Positions 8,315-17,458 of a stretch of 28,147 nucleotides of DNA are shown here, in pieces. This DNA comes from an uncultured Elusimicrobiales bacterium. GTDB taxonomy: Bacteria; Elusimicrobiota; Endomicrobiia; Endomicrobiales; CAZSIW01. Both the position numbers and the translations under genes were made by a program. The number at the start of each line of letters is the position of its first letter. Within the stretch, counting starts at the first letter, position 1. Below the pieces are notes generated by a model, which was given only the letters and a program-made list of their open reading frames with translations, was not told the origin of the DNA and made no database searches. The stretch lies in assembly GCA_964606755.1 (NCBI GenBank), contig CAZSIW010000001.1:1-28147 (forward strand), given 5' to 3'.

Positions 8315-9121
8315 TTATCCCGCCCTGAAAGCGAAATAGAAACCGCCTCTCTCTTCTATCTTCACCGGCGCGTTGAAGAGATCGCCGATATTTTTATCAG
8401 TGAGCATCGTCTCTTTCGGCCCGTCTTTAACTATCCTGCCGCCCTTCATAAACACGACCCTCGATATCTCGGGTATTATGTCGTGAATGTTCTGGGTAAC
8501 AAGTATCACGCTTATGCCCGCCTGCGCCAGCTTGCGAAGGATGTCAGTGAACTTGAAATGCGCGTGCAGGTCAAGGTTATCCGCCGGCTCGTCAAGTATC
8601 AGCGCCTTCGGGTCGTGCACCAGCGCCCGGCCTATAAGGAACCGCCTCGCTTCGCCGGAGGACATCTCGTTCATGTTCTTGTTCTGTAAGTGTGCTATCT
8701 CGAGGAACTCCAGAACTTCCGCGACCTTCTTTTCCATTTTCGCCGTCACGGGCTCGTTATAGATGCCGATACCGCTGAAAAACCCGGACATAACCGTTTC
8801 ATAGCCGGATAATTCCCTGTCGCACTCGGCCTGCAGCGCGTTGGAGACGATGCCGAGGGTGGAGCGCATCTCAAAGATGTTCCACGTATCCTGCCCCCAG
8901 AGTTTAAAAATATAATCCTCGTCCTTGCAGACCGGGTAGTGCTGTCTTGTGATCGTTTTGATAAGCGATGACTTGCCCGCGCCGTTCGGCCCCAGTATCG
9001 CCACATTCTCGCCGGCATGGATGGTGATAGAAACGCAGTCCAGCACCGTCTGGCGTAAATTTTTTAGAACAGTAATATTTTTAAATTCTATCAGAGGATG
9101 CGAATTATTTTTGTTGGTCAT
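8315..9121 (-). CDS. ABC transporter ATP-binding protein (ModF-like), no adjacent permease
   Basis: Walker A GPNGAGKS, signature MSSGEARR, Walker B LILDEP; H-loop position reads TQN. Confidence 0.9.
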   Translation of the reverse strand: MTNKNNSHPLIEFKNITVLKNLRQTVLDCVSITIHAGENVAILGPNGAGKSSLIKTITRQHYPVCKDEDYIFKLWGQDTWNIFEMRSTLGIVSNALQAECDRELSGYETVMSGFFSGIGIYNEPVTAKMEKKVAEVLEFLEIAHLQNKNMNEMSSGEARRFLIGRALVHDPKALILDEPADNLDLHAHFKFTDILRKLAQAGISVILVTQNIHDIIPEISRVVFMKGGRIVKDGPKETMLTDKNIGDLFNAPVKIEERGGFYFAFRAG

Positions 9122-9172
9122 TTTTTGATAGTCTCTGTCAAACTTCCTGCCGCACGATATATTTTGTTCGGC

Positions 9173-9256
9173 GTCATCCCCGAGGGTCTAATCGGGGATC
9201 CACAAATTGCTTCGATCAAGGCCCGTGGATTCCCGATAACGGATTTCGGGAATGAC
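9173..9256. repeat. complete REP-like cruciform element
   Basis: GTCAT-[CCCCG..CGGGG]-ATCCAC...GTGGAT-[TCCCG..CGGGA]-ATGAC: terminal inverted repeat enclosing two hairpins and an inner stem. Confidence 0.8.
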
Positions 9257-9293
9257 AAGCAAAAACATGACAATAGCAAGACAGCGGGGATTA

Positions 9294-9991
9294 TTATTGC
9301 TTAACCGGTTTCATCCTGCTTTTAATATCGGCTATCAAACCTGCCGCGACTTCTCTCACCATATAATAGTTGTCATTCTCTCTGACCCTTATGCAATACG
9401 GGTCGCCCGCGGCTATCTTTTCGAGCGCCGGCAGCCCCTTCTCGCCGGCGACATCGGCGTAATCCACCACCGACGACGCGCGAACGGAGGCGTCGGGGTC
9501 GTTCGTTGCCAGCTCAGCCAGGGCGTTCATTATAATAGTTTTGTTGGCCTCGCTTACCTGCGGATAAACTTTGCCTAGCAGTGAAGACGCGCCGCCCCGC
9601 ATCGCGATATCCTTGCTGTTCTTGGCTATCCCCACCAGGGGCTCGACCGCGGCGTCGCCGTACGCGAACACCAGTTTCATCATCTTCGGGTCGGACGGGA
9701 ACGCTACCGCCACCATCAACAGCTCGCGCGCGTATTGCCTGTTCTCCGCAGGCGTCAGCGTGTCCATGCTGTCGCGGAAAGAATTTTGTTCCTTCGCCAG
9801 CGCCCTGTACCTGTCTTTCATCCCTGGGCTTGACCTGGCCTTGTCCGGCGCCGAGCCGAACTCCACCCAGAACTTGTCCGCGTCGGCGTAGTGTTGCTTA
9901 ATCCGTTCGATCAGCTGCGCCGAACCTTCCTGCGCGCCGAATACGAAATCGCGCACACCAGCGCCGCGATAATAAATATAAACACTCTCAT
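9294..9991 (-). pseudogene. secreted helical (HEAT-repeat-like) protein with an apparent frameshift just after its signal peptide
   Basis: SD GAGGT plus ATG 9991 gives MRVFIFIIAALVCAISYSA then RRKVRRS* (stop 9911-9913). The 220-aa body (...QEGSAQLIERIK...) lies in another frame and has HEAT-like segments (AVEPLVGIAK, DPDASVRASS). Confidence 0.6.
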
Positions 9992-9998
9992 CTTTACC

Positions 9999-10229
9999 TC
10001 AATGCGACTGCAGGTATTTGTAGACCGCGGCTATGAAAGGCACCGCTACGATAAGGAAAGAATAAAACATCATCTTGCGCATCTTCCTTACCAGCTCAAG
10101 CGTGACAGTGCCGTTTATCACGAAAACAGCGAGTATTATAAGCCAGTTGAAAAGCCCCGTGTAGAAGAATATCTTCATCACGAGCGATTCCATTGTGTCT
10201 GAAAAACATGCCTTGAGAGAATCTAACAT
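9999..10229 (-). CDS. small hypothetical membrane protein (2 TM)
   Basis: 76 aa with two hydrophobic stretches; stop overlaps the SD of the next gene; no clear SD of its own. Confidence 0.55.
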   Translation of the reverse strand: MLDSLKACFSDTMESLVMKIFFYTGLFNWLIILAVFVINGTVTLELVRKMRKMMFYSFLIVAVPFIAAVYKYLQSH

Positions 10230-10277
10230 GGGATTCTTTGTTTTATTTTGTTATTCATCTAGTTAAATACATCAGGG

Positions 10278-10556
10278 TTATTTCGCGGGGAATTTCTCTT
10301 TAAAAACTACTATCTTCCAGAACGAGCCCTGCCTTTCCACCAGGATATTTGAAATACGCCCCGAGGAAAGCTCCCGTCCGATAAGTTTCCTGGAGGCGGT
10401 CCTGATTATCCTTACGGTGTTGTCCATCGTGTTGTCTTCCAGCCCGATCTTGCCCGCGAACGCGTTATCGATCATAGCCGTAAACATCACCTTGTCCGCC
10501 ATGACCGCGTTCAGCCAATAATACAACAATTCATCCGCCGGTTTATATCCGTCCAA
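10278..10556 (-). CDS. hypothetical protein
   Basis: TTG start with SD AAGGAG, 24 nt after the kinase stop; 92 aa. Confidence 0.6.
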   Translation of the reverse strand: MDGYKPADELLYYWLNAVMADKVMFTAMIDNAFAGKIGLEDNTMDNTVRIIRTASRKLIGRELSSGRISNILVERQGSFWKIVVFKEKFPAK

Positions 10557-10580
10557 GCCGAACTCCTTAAAATAAACTTG

Positions 10581-12446
10581 TTACTTAGCGGGCAGGGTTA
10601 TCTTAAAGATCGTTCCCCGGCCGGGTTTGCTTTCAAAATCTATCTTCCCGTGATGCTGTTGCACTATCTCGTACACCAGCGACAGCCCGAGGCCAGTGCC
10701 CTCGCCCACTTCTTTCGTCGTAAAAAACGGCTCGAATATCTTCGTCTTTATCTCGTCCGGTATGCCTGTCCCGGTATCCGCCACCTGTATCTCCACATCG
10801 CCCGAGGCCGCCATCATGGTCCTTACCGTCAGCTTTCCATTGCCGTTCATGGCGTCTATCGCGTTTACGCACAGGTTCATTATCATCTGCTGTATCTGGT
10901 AACGGTTGACCTCTATCTCTTTGAGCCCGCCGCCGAATTCCCTTTCCAGTTTGACCAAACCCGTCTTATCCTGCACCTCCACCATTGTCAGCGCGCTGTC
11001 TATTACCTGGTTGATGTCGCTTTTTTCCGTGGGGAACTTTTCAACCCCGCTCCGGGCGAACGTCAAAAGGTCCTGCACAAGGTTTTTGCAGCGCAGCGCC
11101 TCGCGTTCTATCGATTTCAGCGGCAGGTACAACGGGTCGTTCTCTTTCAAGTCCTTCGTCGCCACCTGGGCAAACCCAAGTATCACGCCCATCGGGTTGT
11201 TGATCTCGTGCGCCACCCCGCCCGCCAGCTGTCCGACAGCCGCCAGCTTTTCCGACTGCAAAAGACGATCCTGCGCGGTCTTCAGTTTCTCGTACGCCGC
11301 CTTCAGCTCCGCCTCAGCCTTCATGCGTTCCCGAAGCTCTTTTTCCGTCTCCTGCGTCTTGCGCGTCAATTCTTCTATGAAGAGCCTGGTCACCCTTACA
11401 TCCCTGGCTATACAAACGTATCCGTTCACCTGCCCGGCGTCGTCCCTTATCACGCCGATGCTCAGGCTCACGGGTATGTTCTCGCCCGAGCTGTCCAGCG
11501 CCGTCATCTCGAAATTACGCGTCATGCCGCCCGCCGCCAGCTCCGCGAGCACGTTTTGCTCGAACAGGTTTTTTTCCAAAAACAGGTCGCGCGCGGCCTT
11601 GCCCATCAGCGCGCTCCGCTCGTATTTGAAAAGACCCTGCGTTACCGGGTTCACCGACGTGATGTTCCCGTCACTGTCGAAAACTATCAGCGCGTCCGCC
11701 ATGGTGTTCACTATCGTGTCCGCCGCCATCGAGGGCGTGATCAACAACTGGTATCTTTTCACGCTGTACGCCATAATGGCCACGAAACACAGGACGGGCA
11801 GGTAGCCGAAGGGATAGAAACTAAAACCGAAGGTCGCGATAAAATCAACTATGCCGATGTAGCCGATCATGAACCCGATCAGCATGTATTTCAACCGCTG
11901 GCGTTCGATGCTGGCGTTCGCCTGCCTTAGCGCGCGGACGTAGAGCCATGGGCTGATCATCATAAAGGCGCACCACTGGACGATGAACGGATACGAAGCG
12001 GGGCCGTACAACGGATACCATCCCCAGAAATGCTTTTTTATGCCTATCAGGAAATGGCTGGAATAAAGGAAGAGAAAATAAAATAATACTGAAAAAACGT
12101 ATCCCAGCAGTATCAGGTATTTGAACTGTTTTTCTTTGTTTAGGTACAGGACGGTGAAAGCCAAAACGGAGGAAGCGATCAGCGTTACGCCCACGAACGA
12201 CACCGAAAACCAGAATTTCGCCAGCCCGGATCCCGCGCTCAGATACATCATCCCAAGCCCGCCGAACCACGTCCCGATGCTCAGGCACATCACCAGGAAA
12301 GAAATATTGACCAGCGAATCTTTCTTGTTGAAAAAGATCCACAGGCCCAGCGCTGCGACCGCCGCGCTCGTTAACAGCACAGGCAAAGAGTAAAAATTAA
12401 TGTGGTAATTTGAAACAGTAAAAATCTGTGCCAGTATCTTAGACAT
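10581..12446 (-). CDS. sensor histidine kinase: N-terminal multi-TM (HisKA_7TM-like) region, PAS, HisKA, HATPase_c
   Basis: H-box [12 protein letters not shown]-box [11 protein letters not shown]1 DTGTGIP, F-box FEPFFTTK, G2 GTGLGLS; PAS-like segment [17 protein letters not shown]. Confidence 0.93.
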   Translation of the reverse strand: MSKILAQIFTVSNYHINFYSLPVLLTSAAVAALGLWIFFNKKDSLVNISFLVMCLSIGTWFGGLGMMYLSAGSGLAKFWFSVSFVGVTLIASSVLAFTVLYLNKEKQFKYLILLGYVFSVLFYFLFLYSSHFLIGIKKHFWGWYPLYGPASYPFIVQWCAFMMISPWLYVRALRQANASIERQRLKYMLIGFMIGYIGIVDFIATFGFSFYPFGYLPVLCFVAIMAYSVKRYQLLITPSMAADTIVNTMADALIVFDSDGNITSVNPVTQGLFKYERSALMGKAARDLFLEKNLFEQNVLAELAAGGMTRNFEMTALDSSGENIPVSLSIGVIRDDAGQVNGYVCIARDVRVTRLFIEELTRKTQETEKELRERMKAEAELKAAYEKLKTAQDRLLQSEKLAAVGQLAGGVAHEINNPMGVILGFAQVATKDLKENDPLYLPLKSIEREALRCKNLVQDLLTFARSGVEKFPTEKSDINQVIDSALTMVEVQDKTGLVKLEREFGGGLKEIEVNRYQIQQMIMNLCVNAIDAMNGNGKLTVRTMMAASGDVEIQVADTGTGIPDEIKTKIFEPFFTTKEVGEGTGLGLSLVYEIVQQHHGKIDFESKPGRGTIFKITLPAK

Positions 12447-12525
12447 GTTATATGTCTCTCGCAGGCGCTGTCCGCTCTGCCAATGCTTCGCTTTACGCCG
12501 CCGCCGGGTTCCGGCAAGCGCGGCG

Positions 12526-12759
12526 TTATTTGTTCAGATATGCGCGGACCTGCTTTTTGGAATAGTAGCGCGAGCCCTTGACGCGTATCCGGGAGAATTT
12601 TAACAGCACGGCCTTGATAACGGCCTGCTTAACGCTCAGGCCCAGAATCTCGGCCAGCTGGGTCTCGGTCAGGAACTTGCCTTCGGTCGCCATTATCTCT
12701 TCAATCTTTGGATCTACGACTTTCGGCGGGGGAATAACTTTTCTCAGCCTCAGCACCAT
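12526..12759 (-). CDS. small HTH (HTH_17/MerR-like) DNA-binding protein
   Basis: FLTETQLAEILGLS...RIRVKGSRYYSKKQVRAYL; SD GGGAG. Confidence 0.65.
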   Translation of the reverse strand: MVLRLRKVIPPPKVVDPKIEEIMATEGKFLTETQLAEILGLSVKQAVIKAVLLKFSRIRVKGSRYYSKKQVRAYLNK

Positions 12760-12819
12760 GCATGTCTCCCGGGCATTACCGCTTTTTTTCCTGGCCCCTT
12801 GACCGTTGCCCCTGACTCT

Positions 12820-13053
12820 TCATATCCCCTTTTTGCTTTTCAGGGAATACACGTACAGCTCCTCAACCTTTTTCCTGGCCCAGGGCGTTTTCCTTAAGAA
12901 AGTTAAACTGGATTTTATGCTGGGGTAAGAGTTAAAACACCGTATATTGATCTCCAGGCCAAGCTCTTCCCAGCCATAGAGCGCGACCAAATGCTCGAGT
13001 ATTTTTTCCAGCGTTACGCCGTGTAGAGGGTCTTTTGATCTTTGAGCTTCCAT
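12820..13053 (-). CDS. VF530 family (DUF2132) DNA-binding protein
   Basis: [19 protein letters not shown]...I.IRCF...[21 protein letters not shown] is the family signature. Confidence 0.9.
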   Translation of the reverse strand: MEAQRSKDPLHGVTLEKILEHLVALYGWEELGLEINIRCFNSYPSIKSSLTFLRKTPWARKKVEELYVYSLKSKKGI

Positions 13054-13084
13054 TTTTATGATTATACCTTTTTGCCGTATCTTT

Positions 13085-14380
13085 TTACCACCGTTTTCTG
13101 CCGTAAGGGCTCCTGTTGCCCGAATGGCTCGAATGGCCGGAAGAACGGCCGGAATTGCCCGGGCGGCCCTGCGGAGCCGGTGAAAAACGCCTGCCCTGCT
13201 GGTATCCGCCGCCTCCGCGCTGCTTTGGCGCCGCGGGAGCGTTGCTGAATTTTTCTGTCGGCACCTTGCCGTGTTTTGAAAGCGGTATCGTTGTCCTGAT
13301 GATCTTTTCTATGCTGCGCACGTCCGCGCCCTGATCCGGGGTCGCGAAAGATATGGCATGCCCCTGCTTTCCCGCGCGGCCCGTGCGGCCGATGCGGTGC
13401 ACGTAGTTCTCGGCGTCGTCGGGCAGGTCGTAGTTTATCACAAGCTCTATGGAGGTCACGTCAATGCCGCGCGCGGCGATATCGGTGGCCACTAAAATCC
13501 TGTACCTGCCGGACTTAAAACCTTCGAGCGCCTCTTTGCGCTGGTTGAGCGAGCGGTTTGCGTGTATCTCGGCCGCGCTGTGCCCCATCGCCCTTATATT
13601 CTGGACAACTTTTGACGCGTTGCGTTTTGTGCGGGTGAACATCAGCACCGTTCCGCGGTACTGGTTGAGCAGTTCTTTTAGCAAAGCCCCTTTTAGCGGG
13701 CTCGCCACCACGAACATCTCCTGCGAAACACCAGCCGCCGTGGTGCCCTGCGGCGCTATCTCCGTGCGCACGGGAAGCTTCATGTGAGAAGCGGCGATCT
13801 TGACTATAGTTGACGGCATGGTGGCCGAAAACAGCATCGTCTGTCGCTCGCGCGGCACGAGTTTTAAAATACGCTCTATCTGCGGCGCGAATCCCATGTC
13901 CAGCATGCGGTCCGCCTCGTCCAGAATAAGTATTTCCACGTCGCTTAAAGACACGCGGCGTTCGGTGGCGTGGTCCAAAAGCCTGCCGGGCGTTGCGACT
14001 ATTATGCGCGGCTTTTTGCGCAGGGCGTTCATCTGTTTGCCTATGGATTCACCGCCTATAAGAACAACGGTTTCAATTCCGAACGCGCGGGTGAACTTCT
14101 GCAGCGATTCATTGACCTGTATAGCCAGCTCTCTTGTCGGAACCAGTATGAGCCCGCGTCCCTTGAGGGCCGACAACCGCTGGATAAGCGGTATGCCGAA
14201 AGCTATGGTCTTGCCCGTGCCTGTCTGGGCGACCCCGATAATGTCTTTTCCGCTTATCCCGATGGGGATAGCGCTGGCCTGGATAGGCGTGGGCTTTTTG
14301 AAACCGAGCTTGTCGAGCGCGGCGAGGATCCCGGGCGCGATGCCCAGGCCGTAAAAACTTTCAGCGTTATTAGTATTCAT
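13085..14380 (-). CDS. DEAD-box RNA helicase (RhlE-like)
   Basis: Q motif, [42 protein letters not shown]; Gly/Arg/Ser-rich tail. Confidence 0.95.
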   Translation of the reverse strand: MNTNNAESFYGLGIAPGILAALDKLGFKKPTPIQASAIPIGISGKDIIGVAQTGTGKTIAFGIPLIQRLSALKGRGLILVPTRELAIQVNESLQKFTRAFGIETVVLIGGESIGKQMNALRKKPRIIVATPGRLLDHATERRVSLSDVEILILDEADRMLDMGFAPQIERILKLVPRERQTMLFSATMPSTIVKIAASHMKLPVRTEIAPQGTTAAGVSQEMFVVASPLKGALLKELLNQYRGTVLMFTRTKRNASKVVQNIRAMGHSAAEIHANRSLNQRKEALEGFKSGRYRILVATDIAARGIDVTSIELVINYDLPDDAENYVHRIGRTGRAGKQGHAISFATPDQGADVRSIEKIIRTTIPLSKHGKVPTEKFSNAPAAPKQRGGGGYQQGRRFSPAPQGRPGNSGRSSGHSSHSGNRSPYGRKRW

Positions 14381-14386
14381 GGTATC

Positions 14387-14415
14387 ATTATACGTGTATT
14401 GACGAAGGAAGTAAA
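14387..14415 (-). promoter_or_regulatory. promoter placing the helicase ATG at about +1 (leaderless)
   Basis: TTTACT-17 nt-TATAAT-6 nt-ATG; no SD. Confidence 0.65.
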
Positions 14416-14451
14416 CCCCGCCGACGGGCGGGCGGACAGGTTAGGTTATTT

Positions 14452-14673
14452 TTATATTTTCGCAACGATATACTTTCTGTGCGACACTTCAATAAGGTCA
14501 CCGTTCTTCAGCCACTGCTGGTATCTCGCGTAATCCAGGAACATAAGAGAATCTCTCTCTTCCTGGTTCCTGGGCCTTCTTTTAGCGGCCCTTTTATTGC
14601 CCAGCAGCGCGGGGACTTTGAAATATTTATCTTTTTTCAGTTTAGCAAAATCATCATAGTTTATTTTTCGCAT
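14452..14673 (-). CDS. small basic hypothetical protein, partner of the upstream nucleotidyltransferase
   Basis: 73 aa, K/R rich; overlaps the upstream gene by 20 nt. Confidence 0.65.
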   Translation of the reverse strand: MRKINYDDFAKLKKDKYFKVPALLGNKRAAKRRPRNQEERDSLMFLDYARYQQWLKNGDLIEVSHRKYIVAKI

Positions 14674-15436
14674 TTTTTATTTCCGCCTTCAATTCCAGCA
14701 AAGCCGACTCGGTTTTTTCTTCCTTTGAACGCCCGTCAACATAAGCCCAGTCGATCTTATCATAATTTATAAGCATAAGGTCTTTTATCCAATTCCTTTC
14801 ATCCGTAGATTTCCAGTGAACTAAAGCGTTCAGCCTGTCGATTATAAGATCTTCAACGCCCAAAAGATAAACGCTTAAACCCTTGATCTCAACTTCAGCG
14901 AGATGCTCGGACTCTCCTTTTGTAAGCTGAGAGCCCGGCGCTTCGATATACACATCCAGTTCTTTGTGTATCCAGTGCCTGCCTGCTTTTATAAACCCGA
15001 ACCCTAAAAGAACCTTTCCCAGCAGTTCGCTGTCGGCAAAAACCAGGTCAATATCGGCGGTGTTATAGCCGCCCATCGTGTAAAACTCCACGGCAAAACC
15101 GCCCACAATTACGGGCTTCACTTTATATTTTGCCAGTTCCTTGGAAATAACGGCGACAATATATAACTGCCTTTTTAATTTGTCATGTATGCCGGAGGCT
15201 GCTTTCAACAGCTCTTTGGGTTCGCTTGCCGCGGAATAACTGTTTTTGTCTTCATGAAGTTCGTTCGCGGGCAACTCTTGAGATATCCACTTATCGATAT
15301 CTGATCTGACAAAACGGTACTGCCCGCCGATTTTCTTGAAGGGTATTTCTCTGCTTTTGACAAGCTGGTATACCTTTTTTGTGCTTAATTTAAGGTATTT
15401 TGCTATTTCCGCGACATCTAATATTTCTGTGTCCAT
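14654..15436 (-). CDS. excisionase-like HTH_17 domain fused to a nucleotidyltransferase (DUF6036-like)
   Basis: N-terminal ILDVAEIAKYLKLSTKKVYQLVK.REIPFKKIGGQYRF; NTase motif IVGGFAV...T.DIDLV. Confidence 0.8.
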   Translation of the reverse strand: MDTEILDVAEIAKYLKLSTKKVYQLVKSREIPFKKIGGQYRFVRSDIDKWISQELPANELHEDKNSYSAASEPKELLKAASGIHDKLKRQLYIVAVISKELAKYKVKPVIVGGFAVEFYTMGGYNTADIDLVFADSELLGKVLLGFGFIKAGRHWIHKELDVYIEAPGSQLTKGESEHLAEVEIKGLSVYLLGVEDLIIDRLNALVHWKSTDERNWIKDLMLINYDKIDWAYVDGRSKEEKTESALLELKAEIKNAKNKL

Positions 15437-15442
15437 ATTAGA

Positions 15443-15494
15443 TATATAGCATAAAAAATATGAAATAACAAGATTATTTAGGAATTATTTAGAA
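15443..15494 (-). promoter_or_regulatory. leaderless-type promoter with tandem 11-bp direct repeats just upstream of the -35
   Basis: TTGTTA-17 nt-(TG.)TATATA-6 nt-ATG; ATTATTTAGGA (15473-15483) and ATTATTTAGAA (15484-15494). Confidence 0.5.
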
Positions 15495-15525
15495 TATAAT
15501 GGAATTCTGTATACCGAATCAGTCC

Positions 15526-15668
15526 GTCATTCCCAACGAACAGACAATGTCTGGAAAACGAGATTCCGGGAAACGTTAAGTGTCATATTAACAAACCTTA
15601 TGTCAAAGCCGCTGGATTCCCCCGCCACACTGCCGGCGGGCAGGCCGATAACGAATTTCGGGAATGAC
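15526..15668. repeat. expanded REP-like element with a nested mini-hairpin insertion
   Basis: Ends GTCATTCCC...GGGAATGAC; right half TGGATTCC[24-nt insert]CCGATAACGAATTTCGGGAATGAC matches 9226-9256. Confidence 0.75.
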
Positions 15669-15719
15669 GGCTTAATTACTACATTTCATTGGAGAACCTT
15701 GCGGTAAAGGCAATTTAAC

Positions 15720-17318
15720 TTAAGACGCGGGCTGGGCGGGCTTGAACTCGGAAGAGAAATGGAATTTTATGTCTGAGTATTTTTCTATGTAGTGGTGCAG
15801 CATCCACTCGGACTCGGCGAAGAAAACCACGTTGTTGTCCTTGTCGCTGCCTATGTGGCCGGCCTTGTAATCGCAGAAACTCCTGAACTGCTCGGCGTTG
15901 TCGGAAGTTATCCAGCAGGCCTTGTAGAAATTGAGCGGCTCGAAAGTGCACTGCGCGCCGTACTCGTGCTCGAGCCGGTACTTGATGACCTCGAACTGGA
16001 GCTGTCCCACCGTCCCCACTATCTTGCGCCGCGTGCTGCCCAGCCGGAAAAGCTGCACCACGCCTTCGTCGGTAAGCTGTTCGATGCCCTTCTCAAGCTG
16101 CTTGGCCTTCATGGAGGTGTTTATCAGTTCCTTGAAAACCTCGGGTGAAAAACTGGGTATCCCGTGAAACGCGAGGTCCTCGCCGTCCGTGAGAGTGTCG
16201 CCTATCTTGAAATGCCCGCGGTCGAAAAGCCCTATCACGTCGCCGGGGTAGGCCTCTTCTATAACGTCTTTCTTCTGCCCCAGGAAACTAACCGGGTTTG
16301 TGAAACGCAGCTGGGTGTCGAGGCGCACGTGCCTGTAAAACTTGTTGCGCTCGAACTTGCCGGAGCATATCCGCAGGAAAGCTATCCTGTCGCGGTGGCG
16401 CAGGTCGAGGTTGGCGTGTATCTTAAAAACAAACCCGCTGAATGTTTTCTCGTCGGATTGAACGATGCGGCTAACCGCCGGCCTCGGGCCCGGCGTGGGG
16501 GATATCTCAACGAAAGCGTCCAGCACTTCCTTTACGCCGAAATTGTTCAGGGCGCTGCCGAAAAAAGCCGGGGCGATCTCTCCGGCCAGATACTTTGTTT
16601 TATCGAACGGGCCGTACACGCCGCTTAGGAGCGCCACGTCTTCCCTCAGCTGATCGGCCAGCGTCTTGCCGACATGCTCGTCGAGCAGGCTCTCGTTCAG
16701 GTCGTGGATGGCCACTATCTCGTCGTCGTCCGCCTTGCGGTTCGGGTTAAACAGGTGCAGGTTGTTCTGGTGAAAACTGTACACCCCCTTAAAACTGCTC
16801 CCGCGGCTTATCGGCCAGCTCAGAGGCTGAACTTTTATATCGAGCTTTTTTTCTATCTGGTCCAAAAGCTCGAACGGGCAGGAGCCCTCGCGGTCGAGCT
16901 TATTAATGAATATGATAACGGGGGTGTTGCGCATCCGGCAAACCTTCATCAGGTTCTCGGTCTGCTCCTCGACTCCCTTGACGCTGTCCACAACGAGTAT
17001 CGCGCTGTCAACAGCGGTAAGCGTGCGGTAGGTGTCCTCGGCGAAATCCTTGTGGCCCGGCGTGTCGAGCAGGTTGATGTTCAGATCCCTGTAATCGAAG
17101 CTCATCACGGCGGACGCCACGGAAATACCGCGCTGGCGCTCTATCTCCATGAAATCGGACACCGTTGTCTGCTTTATCTTGTTGGATTTCACCGCCCCCG
17201 CGCTCTGAATAGCCCCCGCGAAAAGCAAAAACTTCTCCGTCAGCGTGGTCTTTCCCGCGTCGGGATGGCTTATTATAGCGAATGTCCGTCTTTTTATTAT
17301 CTCTTCGTGTAAACCCAT
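15720..17318 (-). CDS. prfC: peptide chain release factor 3
   Basis: [49 protein letters not shown]. Start re-set to ATG 17318 (SD GGCAGGAG). Confidence 0.97.
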   Translation of the reverse strand: MGLHEEIIKRRTFAIISHPDAGKTTLTEKFLLFAGAIQSAGAVKSNKIKQTTVSDFMEIERQRGISVASAVMSFDYRDLNINLLDTPGHKDFAEDTYRTLTAVDSAILVVDSVKGVEEQTENLMKVCRMRNTPVIIFINKLDREGSCPFELLDQIEKKLDIKVQPLSWPISRGSSFKGVYSFHQNNLHLFNPNRKADDDEIVAIHDLNESLLDEHVGKTLADQLREDVALLSGVYGPFDKTKYLAGEIAPAFFGSALNNFGVKEVLDAFVEISPTPGPRPAVSRIVQSDEKTFSGFVFKIHANLDLRHRDRIAFLRICSGKFERNKFYRHVRLDTQLRFTNPVSFLGQKKDVIEEAYPGDVIGLFDRGHFKIGDTLTDGEDLAFHGIPSFSPEVFKELINTSMKAKQLEKGIEQLTDEGVVQLFRLGSTRRKIVGTVGQLQFEVIKYRLEHEYGAQCTFEPLNFYKACWITSDNAEQFRSFCDYKAGHIGSDKDNNVVFFAESEWMLHHYIEKYSDIKFHFSSEFKPAQPAS

Positions 17319-17321
17319 ATT

Positions 17322-17374
17322 CTCCTGCCAATAAAAAACCACCCGCCAACTTCATGGCGCGTGGTCAAAATTTC
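17322..17374. repeat. direct repeat copy A (terminator-like hairpin plus prfC SD)
   Basis: 49 of 53 nt identical to 18693-18747, including the first 28 nt, with one 2-nt indel. Confidence 0.92.
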
Positions 17375-17410
17375 CATTTCCACAGCCTGCCAGATCAATG
17401 CTTCTACTAT

Positions 17411-17439
17411 ATTATATCTCTTTTTGAATTAACTGTAAA
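17411..17439 (-). promoter_or_regulatory. sigma70 promoter for prfC
   Basis: TTTACA-17 nt-TATAAT. Confidence 0.7.
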
Positions 17440-17458
17440 TATCTGTTGTAGTTTGTAC

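Noticed and set aside
10578-11930. 450-aa plus-strand ORF, and similar long ORFs at 4311-5144, 5905-6738, 10906-11805 and 16674-17312
   Set aside because: Antisense shadows of well-supported genes in GC-rich coding DNA; no recognisable motifs.
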